Shown here: positions 1-12,448 of the stretch, piece after piece | Numbering within the stretch: position 1 is the first letter of the stretch | Layout of the letters: the number at the start of each line of letters is the position of its first letter | DNA from: Paramecium tetraurelia | Lineage: Eukaryota | Direction of reading: 5' to 3' | DNA length: 64,000 nt | NCBI GenBank assembly: GCA_000165425.1 | Contig: CT868130.1 | Span: forward strand, 496,001 to 560,000 | Program-made: the position numbers and the translations under genes | Notes under the pieces: generated by a model | Told to the model about the DNA's origin: nothing | Seen by the model: only the letters and a program-made list of their open reading frames with translations | Databases searched by the model: none

Positions 1-3000
1 ATCTTATTGGAGTTATTGGTTTGATGATTGAAAAGGCAGGGAACTATCCCTTGGTTATAATTACCTTTTTTATAGGGCTATTTCGAGGATCAGGAAGGAA
101 GTTAGGTAATTCACTTTTAGATTTTGCATGACTTATTGCATTTTGAACCTTACTTTCCGTAAATTTAATAGGCTATGACTGCAATATTTAATTTTATAAG
201 GAAGCAAGAATTTATTGTTAGGCTTCTAATTATATTTTAATATCATCTATATCTTATTAAGTATTTTTCCCTTCTTGTGAATTAGAAACCTAAACATTTT
301 GACTCTTTTAAGGCATCTAAAACTAAATCTACTTATTCTACTAATTATTTTGAATACACGACGAATGCTATGAAAGAGAGGCTATTTATTTTAAACTATT
401 TATTGATTATTATTTTTCGGATTCCTTTGTTATATTCTTTTTTTTATTATAGTCATGTTGTTATTATTTTATAACTTGATTTTAAAATTCCACGTTTTAT
501 ATATCTTATAATTGGATTAAAGATATCGATTTTTTGTGAATACTTTAACTTTAATTGATTGAATTTTCTTAGATTAAAATCTCTTAATTTTATTTCTTTA
601 TCTGATCCTAATTAAGATTTTAGTGCATCCCTTATTTATTGAAATCCATGTAATCATTTTCAAAATTTTTAGAAAGTTACTCCTAAGATTAGTGAAAGGA
701 ATGATTTTATAAAGATTAGTTATTTTAAATTTTTTAAATTTCTTATTGGTTCTTTACTGTAGAGTATTTAGAACTTTTAGTTCTCCTAGCTAATCTAGAT
801 TATTTAATTTGAGAATTATCAAATAATAGGTCATCCAAATCTCTTTAGGAAACAATTTCCTTTTTACTTTAAGGCAATTCGACTTTTTATTATATATTAT
901 CTTCATTCTAAATTTTAATAGTGTTAGGAGTTTTATCATGATAATTCACATTTTCAAAACTCTAAATATCATTTGAAAATAAGGATTGTTAATTATTTGT
1001 TATTTTAGACTATTCAAAATGAGGAGAGTCCTTAATAGAATCCCCTTATTTCCTCTTTAGTTCGAATCTCATTATGTCCTTAACTGATTTAATGAAGTCT
1101 TGATTAAAACTTTCAGAATATTGAGGATTACTATCAAATGAATCTATTGATCCATTAGTTATAGTAATAAATTTTGATTTAATATCAAAGTTTTAATATT
1201 CATTATCTAGTAATTATTATTCTTTCTTAAGATTCTCCAATTATTATTTTTATTGATCAATTATCTATTCCAAATATAGCTATTGTTTTTATATTAAAGT
1301 TATTTAATTTTAATCTTCATGTTTTTCGTAAACAATAGGTTTTAAATCTTTTTCAATATTACTTTATTGGCTTTATTTAATTTCGGTACTCTTAATCGGA
1401 TCAAAATTATTTGCAAAATCTTATTGGCTAAAGCTTAACTTTTTTGTTTAATCTATATCTTATTTTCTTCTTGAAGAACTCTCCGTCTCTATACTTTATT
1501 TTTATTAGACTTATGGAATTGTTATTTAATTTTAGACTATCTTAGGGTCTTTACGAGTTTTAGAAGATTGATTTTATGGGTAATTTTATTTATTCTTTTA
1601 GGACTTTTAGCGTTAAATGGAACCCTATTCTTTAATTTATTTTTCTCTAAAAGTAAACTTGTCGTTTTCCAAATTATCATCTTTAATAGAAATTAAATTA
1701 TCTAAATATTGGTTTTTTGATAAATTTTGGCATTTTTGCTTTTTTAATCCGATTTTTGCTTCAGCAGATTATTATTAATTGCTGTTATTTCTCTCTGTCT
1801 TAGAAACTAATTAATTTTGAGGTATTCTTGGAGAATCTTGAGTTTTCTGTTTCTTAAAAACTAGCAAAGGTTCCTTAATGTTTACATTTTATTTAATTTT
1901 ATTGTTATTATCTTATAATTATGATTTTAATTATAGTTATGTTTTAAGTCTATTATTTCTTTCACTCTTTAAATTTGTTGATACTTTGATCTATGATTCA
2001 GCATTTTACTCTTATTATAAGATTTATAAGTATTTTATTTCTTAATTTTTATTTGGGTAGTTAAAATTACTGTTTAATTATCTTTTTATCTCTTCTCTCA
2101 TATTTGAAGTTTCAATAAAATGAGTTTTCATTTTAATATGAGAAATTTTAGGCTCATTAGACTAAGTTGTAAAATGTTATATTTTAGAAGTATCTTCTAT
2201 TTATTAACATTAATCTTTATAATACTATATTAATTGATTATTCTTTTATTATTGAATTTATTTGAGCTTTAATGCATGCTGCTTTTCTCCCTCAAGTTTT
2301 GTTCCAAAGAGAATTTCAGATATTTTTTCATAAGATGTCTTAGGAGAATTAGAAAAATAGTTTCTTGTTATTTTTGTTTGATTTTTACCTACATCTGGAG
2401 AAGTATTGGTAGAAGAATAGACGGATTTCTAAATATAAGATAGTATTTATTCTTCAAAATACTTGATCTCGTTGATATTTATAGGTTGCTGTACTTAAAT
2501 ATGATTCTTATGATCGCTATAAGGGACTAGTGATAATAGTTAGAAATACACATTATTTCTTTTGATGATGAAAAGTTCTTCAGAATACCATTTTAATGAA
2601 CTTCGATTAAGTCTCCTAATCTCCAAATCCCTTTAGTCCACTACAAACCATCTTTTTTTGATAAGTATATTCCTCTACCATGATATTCGCCATGCTCGAA
2701 TTAACCTGTATATACATCCCCAGTTTGATTATACAATCTACCAACTCCATTTAAAAATCCATCTTTGAATTATCCACTACAGAACACTCCATCAGAAGAT
2801 TTGAATATACCTAACCCATTAGGTATCATTTAATTGAGTTGGTTTTTAGAAGTTATACCATAAAAACTACCATTTTTAAGTTCTAGTTATTAAATTGCTT
2901 TGACATCATTAATTTTGTTTTTCAATATTGGTATCTCGAACTTTGATGTATATTTCCTTTCATGTGTAATTGGTTTACCATTTTAAAAATATATATTCAT

Positions 3001-3318
3001 TTCTAAATTTTATAATTTTGCTGTTATAAATTCAACTGGTTATCCTTTATTCCATTAACCATAATAGGTTCCTTAACATGTTGAAAGAATACAATTGCCA
3101 TTTATTTAAGTTTTTTTAAAATGACCCATTATCTGAGTCTTTGGAGGTATGAAGAATATTCCTTAACCATCTATTTCATCCGATTTCCATTCACCATAAT
3201 ATGCACATCCATCTTCCCATATATAAACACCCATTCCTTATTTGCATTTATTTTATACAGTTTATCCTTAATAAATTCCATTCTAAAATTCAATTTGAAT
3301 GATCCCACTATTGTTCAT
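1..3318 (-). CDS. MORN-repeat protein with long low-complexity C-terminal region (3' end runs off window)
   Basis: Code-6 translation from ATG 3318: MNNSGIIQIEFQNGIYQGQTVQNKCKQGMGVYIWEDGCAYYGEWKSDEIDGQG..., with further MORN-type units to ~2620, then an S/Q/K-rich tail. Start and tail continuity were not fully verified. Confidence 0.7.
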
Positions 3319-4030
3319 TTACCGTTAATAATAAAATATGGAGCTAGAATTTTATAAATAAATTTAATATAAAAAATCCAACTTAGGCATAATAAATATA
3401 TATAAGAAGCCATTTCTGACAATTCGGATCTTAGCTTAGTAATTTATATTAATTTCAAATATGTATGTCTTTTACTAAACAATACTTATAAAAGCATTTT
3501 AGAAATTCTCATTCAATCTTAATATTAAGTAAAATACATTAAATAATATTTATATTTTATATTGGATTCAATGATATTAACGAATAATTAACATAAATTC
3601 AGAAGTCGATTCTAAATTTAATTTTACCCACGTTTTGGGAAAATAGAGAAACAAAGTTGTAAAGTAGAATGTTTCAATTATTTTTTTCAAAATCAATATA
3701 TATATGATAATATTAATTGCACCTTCATTAAACTTTTAGTGTTATCATGTTAAAACAGTATCAAATGATAGATATGTGTGTTCTAGATAATTTAACACTA
3801 AATCAGTAAAATAATGTCTATTTTGCTTCCTACTAAATTATCTTTCTATAAATCAATTTCATTGAATTAAAACATTTTCTTGATTAAAATATCATAAACT
3901 GAAGCTATTTGAAAAAATATATTACAAAATTAAAGAGCCATTAAATTCATTTATTTTACAGTATCTAGTGAGATTTAAGTTGATTTCCCAGTATTGAAAA
4001 ATAGAGATATTTATATAATAATTACAATTG

Positions 4031-5054
4031 ATGGGTAATTGCACTAAAATGTGCTATGTTAATGAAGAAGTGCAATAGGTAAATCATAATGAAGAATTCT
4101 TAATTGATACTGGACTAAAAAATGATGATATCTAATAGCATTCAACTTAAGCAAAACAATAAGAAAATAAAGAAGATTAGTATTCTCAATACTCAAATAG
4201 AAGTGTTCTTCCTCATATAATCATGAGTTCTGATCAAATAATTGTTGAATAAACAATAGAATCTACAATTCCAGTTAAACTAGCAAGAATATTAATGGAA
4301 GGTGGATCCTACTATGAAGGAGAATGGATGCAAGGAAAAAGATGGGGACAAGGTGAACAAAAATGGCCTGATGGGTAAATACTTATTTTATTTGAGTGTT
4401 TAGTTCAATTTATTAAGGAGAATGGAAGAACAATTAAGCCAACGGGTATGGAATTTTGACTCACCCTGATGGCGATGTATACAAAGGTGAGTGGTTGAAT
4501 GATTAAGCAAATGGAAAGGGAATTTATATAAACTACAATAAAGCACAATACGATGGTGATTGGATTGCAGATAAGCAACATGGTTTTGGGATAGAGAAAT
4601 GGCCAGATGGATCAGTTTTTGAAGGTATTCATTATTAATATTGTAATTAGGTTATTATAAGGATGGTAAAAAGGAGGGATTAGGTAAACTCATTTATCCT
4701 GATGGGTCAAGATATGAAGGCAATTTTTGGAAGAATAATTTACATGGCATAGGCAAATATTTTTGGCCTGATGGAAGAACCTATGAAGGAGAATGGGTCG
4801 GAAATTAAATGGAGGGAAGTGGTACAATGACATGGATTGACGGTATAAAACTATCTTATTTAGGTAAGTAGTACAGTGGAGAGTATAAGGAGGGATAGAA
4901 ACATGGTGTAGGAACTTTTATTTGGGAAGATGGTCACAAATATATAGGAGAGTGGGATATGGGCAAATAAAATGGAATTGGAGAGTATTTTTTTATAAAT
5001 GGTACTTCACATAAAGGAGTTTGGTAGGATGGGAAACGAATCAAGTGGGATTGA
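4031..5054 (+). CDS. MORN-repeat protein with putative N-myristoylation start (MGNC)
   Basis: Repeated YEGEW..GK..GQG..KWPDG units; 21-29 nt GT..AG introns at ~4375, ~4624 and ~4842; TGA at 5052-5054. Confidence 0.9.
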
Positions 5055-5096
5055 TAAATTAATACTTTCTAAAAATTATAACGATTTTATTAAAAC

Positions 5097-6190
5097 TCAA
5101 TAAAATGGTTTATTAATTTTGACATTAACCAAGAAAAGCCATTGTTGCTTCAATTCTATTGTGTTATTTTGTTCCAAATTTATAAATATGTTTTAGAGAT
5201 TTAATATTATAATTTCTATTAAGTCAATTTTCAGAAGTAATCCAAGATGATTTTTAATATTTAGTTTAGAGATCCCTTAAAACTTTTAAGCAATTGCTTA
5301 TATTTTATAATAATTAATGAAATGCTCTTTACATCCTATAAAATAATTATTAAATGGGATTATTAAACCCATTTTGTGGATTAAATAGTGTTTATAAAAA
5401 TTTTAAGTTCAACTATTTTTTAATGAATTATAATTTCATTTATTGGCTTATTTCAATCATTTATTTTTTAATTATATTCCATTTCAGCTTTCCAATTGAT
5501 AATATCCAATCTTGATAAATATGCTTGTTCTTATTTTTAATCTTTATATTAATTCTCCATGCAAGTCGATAGATCTATAGAGTAATCATAAAATTTACAT
5601 TCTCCTTTAGCTATTGTATCTAAAAATACTAAGTTCTTCATGTTTTTAAATATCTCATCTCTCGCTATTATACTCTCATATTCAGTGATATGTATATAAT
5701 TCCCTGCAATAGATAATTGAAGTAATTTATCAAATAAATAGAATTCTTGTAATAATGATGAATCTGAAAAATCCAATTGGTTTTGCATGATTGATAGAGA
5801 CAACAATTTATTTTGGTAAAATTTAAGATGGATTAGTTCAGAATTCTAGATGAAGTTATAGTCTAAGGTTAATCTCTTCAATGTATCAATTTTTGGGATG
5901 TTTTGCAAAGTCACGATATTGCAATTATTCAAGCCTAAGTAAATTAATGATTACAATCTATGCTAATGGGAATAAACTACGATGATATCTCTAGACAAAA
6001 ACTTGTATCCATGATGAACTTGCAATTGTCTAAGATTAACTCAAAAATGGATGCATATTTATTGGTTTCGATTATTTTATTAATGTTGAAAGTAGTGATA
6101 TCTTCGAGTTCTGGTTTCTAGTGTTAGAGATGACACTTGAAAAGAATTTATTCTTTTTGTTTATGCATAATATAAATTAATACCAAACAT
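5097..6190 (-). CDS. Leucine-rich repeat protein, ANP32/U2A'-like
   Basis: LDNCK...LNNCNIVTLQNIPKIDTLKRLTLDYNFI...LLSLSIMQNQL...LLQLSIAGNYI...ARDEIFKNMKNLVFLD (LRRs plus LRRcap-like segment); ATG 6190, TGA 5097-5099. Confidence 0.65.
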
Positions 6191-6203
6191 TTTTAAAATA
6201 TAA

Positions 6204-7002
6204 TCACAAAAAAGCTTGAATTATCTAGGTGTAATTAATTTAATACTGTTCCTGAAGTAATATTATAATTTCCCAAGTAATTTTTATCAATTAGTTCTCT
6301 ACCATTCAGATACAACCGACAAGTTTTTTCTTTGGCTACTTCCAAGATTTTCTATTTAATTTCAAGAACTTTCGAGGTGCTCTCTGTTTCTATCAAAAAA
6401 TCTTTTGGGAGTTTACTACTACGTATACTCACCTAAATATGATAGCAAATTACTTTTAAGGAAAATTTTTCAAAATTTAGAACCAAATGTTCATTGTTCC
6501 AAGAAATGGGTTCATTGATAACAAATACTGGAACTTGAAATACTTGTTCTTGATTAATAATATTAATACTATCTGAAATCAGTAATTGAATTGTATTATT
6601 AATCATTTTTAATTTAGACAACATCAAAATGGCAATCGAAGATTCTAAAATTAAAAAATGAGATGTACATTCATCATCTTATAACAGAGCGTTGCGTATG
6701 CTTGACCAATGAGTAGAATCTTTATAACTATCTTTATATGACTTTATTACTCTACCCCAAAATTAATTTTGCATCAATTCCCACTCACTTCTTGATAAAT
6801 TGGTAGTGTATTGATTAGTGAGTTTGATTCCTATACCAGTATATTTATTTTGAATTAGAGTGAAATGATTGTCAAATTTATGATTCACATTAACAGGATT
6901 TTGAATATCCAATAAATGTAAATATTACTAATCTATTTGGTTTTTATTATGTACATCTTCTTAGTAATTCAACTCTTTAGTCTTATTTGAACATACTCCC
7001 AT
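6204..7002 (-). CDS. UBTD1/2 (DC-UbP)-like protein: N-terminal ubiquitin-binding domain plus C-terminal ubiquitin-like domain
   Basis: MGVCS start; ...ELMQNQFW...HWSSIRNALL...FQVPVFVINEP resembles the DC-UbP N-domain; KVLEIKQKI...RLYLNGRELIDKNYLGNYNITSGT[22-nt intron]IIQAFL* is ubiquitin-like. Confidence 0.7.
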
Positions 7003-7041
7003 TTTTAATAATATTTATACATAAAATGGATTAATTTATTT

Positions 7042-8326
7042 TCAAAAGTCAACTTCATCGCGATCCTCTATATTTTAAAATTCATCATCATCATCTTCTA
7101 ATTCATCCTCATCCTCATCATCTCCTTCATCAATATCACCAGCACTCAATTCTTCTCCATCATCATCATCATCCATTTATTATCTATTAAATCCACCTTA
7201 TTAAGTTCTCATAAAATCATTATTACGCTTTTCCTTATTACTTGATTATAACCGAGAATCTCTTCCCTATTAATCTACCTATTCATCGCCCCCTCCCATA
7301 ATTTCAATATACTCTTGATCCTTAATGCCTCTCTATATTTTTTCGAGTTATTCATCCTTCCTCTTTTACTCTAATTCTTCCTACCTAATTTGTTCATCCA
7401 AGACATGCTCTAAATAAACTAGATTTCTAAGCTTCTCTACATAAATCTAAATAATTAAAAAAATCCTATTACTTGATATAACTTCTCTAATTCATATTCT
7501 TATCTATCATATTCCTCTTAATAAGAAGGCTTAACACTTTTCATACCCTTTAATCTTTTCTCTGCTTATTCTAGTTCTTTTGTTTTTCTCTTAATCTTTT
7601 CATCCAATTATTTTTGATCCCTCTCTAAATTACCCACATATTTCAACATCTCCTAATTATTTTATTCTTGTTATTTCAATATGGTTTGGATGCATATTTA
7701 GATTTAAGATTATTCAGATTGTGAATTTCCTCCTCGGGAGACATTTGACAAAAATTGCAAAGCTTTCTCCTATGGATTATCATAATATTCTTACTCTAGC
7801 TATTTTGACTTCATCCTCCTTCCCCAATTAATCATATAGTCTTGTGGCAAGATCAGTAATTTCTTGAGCCAATATTTTATGACTTTTAATATTACTTAAT
7901 TTTGATGGGAGGGACTTTCAATTATCAAAAATATATTTACAAAATCGTGAATCTCATCTTCATCAGCTGGTGGACATACATAAGATTAATATAATAAAGT
8001 TGAGATTTTCAAAATTTCTTAGACTGCATAAACATCAGCCATATATAATCTTTTTGGGTTTATCTTAAGTCTTGCCTTACTCACAAATAAAGTGGTGATT
8101 TGCTTAATAAATTCTACTCTGTTTCTCTGAATTTTAATTTATTTTTTACCTCTTCATCAATATTATCAGAGATATCCGAATTTGGATCATACTTTTAAGC
8201 TAACCAAAAAAGAATGTCGGCTACAAGCTCAAAATTAGGCCTTCTAAAATTTTCCATTGAAATTATTCTATGATAACCCAAAGCCCTCATTTATTCGCAG
8301 AAATTGCGGAGTTCTCTATAAGACAT
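7042..8326 (-). CDS. IFT38: Intraflagellar transport protein 38 / clusterin-associated protein 1
   Basis: N-terminus [42 protein letters not shown] matches the conserved CLUAP1/IFT38 start; coiled coil and acidic D/E tail; TGA 7042-7044. Confidence 0.93.
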
Positions 8327-8519
8327 GCAATAATTATTTCTTTTATAATTTTAAAATATTATATACCAACGCTTAAATTTATAAGAGCGAATTTAAAATG
8401 AAAACTATTAAAATTAAACAAAAGTAATATATATTAATTGAAAGAGCACTCATAGATAAAAAAAGGTGTTTAAATAAATTAATTATATTCTAACTAAAAT
8501 GAATTGTTTCATTTTTTAA

Positions 8520-9757
8520 TCAAATGATTTAGTAGATGTTTTTAGGAGACTTTTCCGGAATTACTTTATTGCGAAGTTAAAATATCTAATCTTAATATTA
8601 TACAAATACCTTTGATGACATAGTTGTATAGTAAAAGAATCACGATCAATATTAATAGAACACATATACATATCGATATTATTGGCTACAAATTAGACTT
8701 TAAATCTGTAAATAACTTAAAGAATATAATTAAAATATATACATTGGTTCCTTAAAAGGCTGGATGAATCCGATTATTTTAGGTCTATAAAATAACTTTT
8801 TCAACATTGTTCATTTAGCATTGTTCACTCAACCCTATGGAAAAGTATGCTTATGAAAAATCAACCTTGGAATACTCAAAATTTAATCCAGTCTCTTTAT
8901 TTTCAATTATTTTTTGTTCATATTGTTGAGTTAACATCTCTAACTTTTCATTTATCTGTTTATATAATTCAATCTTATTGGGTATATTAATAAACAATTA
9001 CATTATCTTATATTTTAACTAACTACTCCTACTCAGTAAGACATTTATAATATTCCTCAAAAACCTAAAATGCTAAATCTCTTCTGAAATTGTTATCATA
9101 CAAGACCATGTAAATTCTATCTAAGTCAGTAATTTTAAGTATCCAGAAACCTTCATCTGTACTCACAACATAAGTAACATCATATTCTAATTAAGTGAAT
9201 TCTTAAAAGTTTTTAACAATAATTTTAGCATGAGACTCAGCTGTATTTTTTTTGGTATGATTATAATGATAGAGAATTTACCAATTTTTAAATCTTAATA
9301 ATAGATAAGCCTTTATGTAATAAACCTTTTCATATATTCCATAAAATTGAAGATCGATTTTTTGGGGTATGGCATTAGGATTAGTAAAGTTATCAGGTTC
9401 TTAATAGATAGGTTGGAATTGCTGATTGTATTATGCTATATTACTAGGATTTTGATCAATCTACTATTATTGTTGATTATTATTTGGAAATATTTATTGT
9501 TATTGTTATTATTATTGCAATTATTATTATTGTTAATATTATGGGTATTGTTATTATTAAAGCTGTTACTGCTAGACTATAGGCTATAGATTCTGTTATT
9601 GTTGTGATTGGATATTGGATTAGCTTTATTGCTAAAATATTCCGCTATAGGTTTATGCGTATGAATTCATGGCATTCTGTCCCTGGAGAGGAGGATTGTT
9701 TACATTGGTTTGTGCAAAAATGCTGGTTCTACTATTATTGGGTTGCATTGTATACAT
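8520..9757 (-). CDS. Q/N-rich protein with longin-like domain; 3' structure ambiguous (the TM segment at ~8620-8690 may belong to a separate small gene starting at 8807)
   Basis: Poly-Q N-terminus, then ...STDEGFWILKITDLDRIYMVLYDNNFRRDLAFQVFEEY resembling the VAMP7/Sec22 longin consensus; hydrophobic PIISICICVLLILIVILLLY lies downstream in a frame that needs uncertain splicing. Confidence 0.5.
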
Positions 9758-9787
9758 GTTTGAATTATTATTATTAAAAATTAAAAA

Positions 9788-10582
9788 ATGTCAGATGAAA
9801 ATGCGATTGATTTAGTTATGAAAAATTTGGATCAATAAGGATAGTTGACCAAAGTGAAGGCATAAATAAAAGCCTCCGTGTTTAAAATACTTGATTAATC
9901 AAAAGGCAAAAAGTCGGGGGCATCTAACTTTTTTTGGGAAAATGAAAAGGCCAAAGCTATCCAAAAGGATAATGAGTTGTTATTGTTATTGGAAGTGGTC
10001 AAGGAATTCTTGTAATTTTTTGATTTTGAATTTACCCTTTCTGTATTGTAGAGTGAGAGTAATCATATACCATTTATTGAACGTGATTAGTTGATAAAAA
10101 AAATTGGATTAAAACAAAGTGATTTGAACACCAACCAACCCATATTATAGCATATATATCAAAAGTACAATCCAAAAGGGGCAAAATAACAGAACTAACA
10201 AAATTTAAGTTAATAGGAATAAGTTTCAATAAAGAAGCAAGAAAAATAGGAGCCCGTTAAACCAGGAAGCAAGGCAAATTAATAGGCAAGTGTAACCAAA
10301 AATTAACCTATTACAAAAACCATTGGAAAAGTGGAAAGTACAAAGTTGAGTAATGTAAAATCATAGTCAAACGATTTTTAATTTGAGGAGATTGAAGAGG
10401 ACTTAGATGATGTTTAAGATCTAGAAATTCCAAGTACGATTAAGAAAAATGAGAAATAAAATAATTTAATGTTAACATCAAGTGAGGAATAATTAGCAAG
10501 TATGAGTTAAGGACTAGATATCACAGTAGATTCAAATGAGATAGATTAATATGATCATGTAGTTGATATAAAATGGAAATGA
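9788..10582 (+). CDS. FGFR1OP/FOP (CEP43)-like LisH basal-body protein
   Basis: LDQQGQLTKVKAQIKASVF...LEVVKEFLQFFDFEFTLSVLQSE is the FOP_dimer/LisH signature; acidic C-terminus DITVDSNEIDQYDHV; TGA 10580-10582. Confidence 0.75.
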
Positions 10583-10610
10583 ATTTTTTTGTTATATTAT
10601 GAATTAATTT

Positions 10611-12354
10611 ATGTCAATCAATAAAATGTAGGTAATATGACAAATTTGGAATAATTAAAGAGTGGGACAATAAATCTTTTGACATAAGGTTTCATTTTTG
10701 ATAAATATTATTATTTTATACGATCAAATTGATGATTTTTCAAATTGGTTAAAATGATGGTCGAAAATTTTGGTGTAAAAATAATATCCCAAACTTTGAC
10801 GTTGAGGAAGTATAAAATGTGAAGATTGCTAATTTCTACAAGATTGGGAAAACCTTTGGGTAAAAATGCTTGCGCTAGTATTTCCTAATTAAACAATACT
10901 TATTCTATTCGGACGTGGGGAATTTCAAAAACATAAAGGGCTATGTCAGATTGGATGGAGTTTATTTATAATTCCAAACAGTGAATTAGGAATACTAAAT
11001 TTATCTGAGGAATAATGGATTTTAAATAATCTTGTGCACAGATATCGCAGAGTAATTCAAGGAATGGTCATATATATTGTCCTTGAAGTGCATCTTGACA
11101 ACTTTTGAAAAGGATTATAAGATTGGTCCTCTAATTGGAAATGGAAGTTTCTCTACAGTATAAATAGTTTTAAATTAGGTTTATGAATGCTGGAACCATG
11201 AAGGAGAATTGTTTGCTGTGAAGGCCATTGCCAAATAATCATCAAAACAGCTAAAAATAAACAAATAATATGAGCTACAGTTATTGAGTGAGATCAATGC
11301 TTTAAGAGAATTTAATCATGAGAACATTTTAAAATTACATTAAGTTTATGAAAATGCCGAAAAGTTGTATTTAGTTACAGAATATGTAAATGGATATGAA
11401 CTGATTTCAAAAGCAACTAGTAAAATCCCTTATTCATCAAGTGAATTATAAAGTTTTGTATATCGAATGTTGTTGGCAATTCACACAATACATTCGCAAA
11501 ATATTATGCACAGGGATATCAAACCTCAGAATATTATGCTTAGAAATGGATAACTACACTCTCCAATTCTAATAGATTTTGGATTGGCAGTGAGTACATA
11601 ATTCAAAGACATTCCATTCCCATCTTGTGGTTCTTTGGGGTACACATTTATCTCTAATCCAAGTTATTCAGCTCCAGAAATTATAAGATTCGAGGAAACC
11701 AAAAAACAATATAATAGTTAATGTGATATTTTTAGTTTTGGAGTCACTCTGTTTGCTATGTACAATCCATAAATATCTTTAGAGTATTTGGGTACAACCC
11801 ATTCAAAGGGAATGATCAAAAGACAACAGTGAAAAGGAATGCTGATGCTTACTTTGAGATCCCAAGTTCTCCTTATCCTTCAGAATGTATTCAATCCTAT
11901 AATTCTATTAATAGTAGGTAATCTTATTTTGTTGATGACTAAAAAGTATCCGAAGGATCGAATTACTGCTTAATAAGCACTTAACCATCAATTTTTTAAA
12001 GTCAAATTTTATTTGACAATTAATTTGCCAATGTCTATCATGACTAAATAATAGTATGAGATGAGTAAAAGTGATAAGAATATCAATGTGCATGCTAGTT
12101 TAGAAGTGGATTGGCAATTTGGATTGAATAATTAATTTTTGAACTCTTCATGCTCTCCCAAAAACCAAAAAAATAGGACATCTACTGTTAATAGTAATCC
12201 ATAGAGAAAGCTTACCGTTCCATCACTGGATTAAATTGATGAGTTTCAATTGGATGTGTATGAAGATTCCATTGAATTAAGTCATATAGAAAAGTTAAAA
12301 ATGAATCAAAACCATTTTTACAATCAAAAGAATTTATTGAATTCAATTCTCTGA
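10611..12354 (+). CDS. Ser/Thr protein kinase (CAMK-like) with N-terminal PH-like domain
   Basis: IGNGSFSTV, FAVKAI, HRDIKPQN, DFGLA, GYSAPE, CDIFSFG motifs with several 21-24 nt introns; start uncertain. Confidence 0.88.
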
Positions 12355-12448
12355 AGAGTTACTAACAAAGCTTAATTAATTATCATTTGTTAATTATATA
12401 ACAGACATTATATATAACAATATATTAAATAATCGAGAATATAGACCC

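Noticed and set aside
3420..4030. Possible small gene between the divergent MORN genes
   Set aside because: No recognisable motif or convincing exon structure was found.
9347..9589. Leu-rich membrane-like ORF on the + strand in the ORF track
   Set aside because: It is the antisense shadow of the poly-Gln (CAA/TAA) tract of the minus-strand gene.
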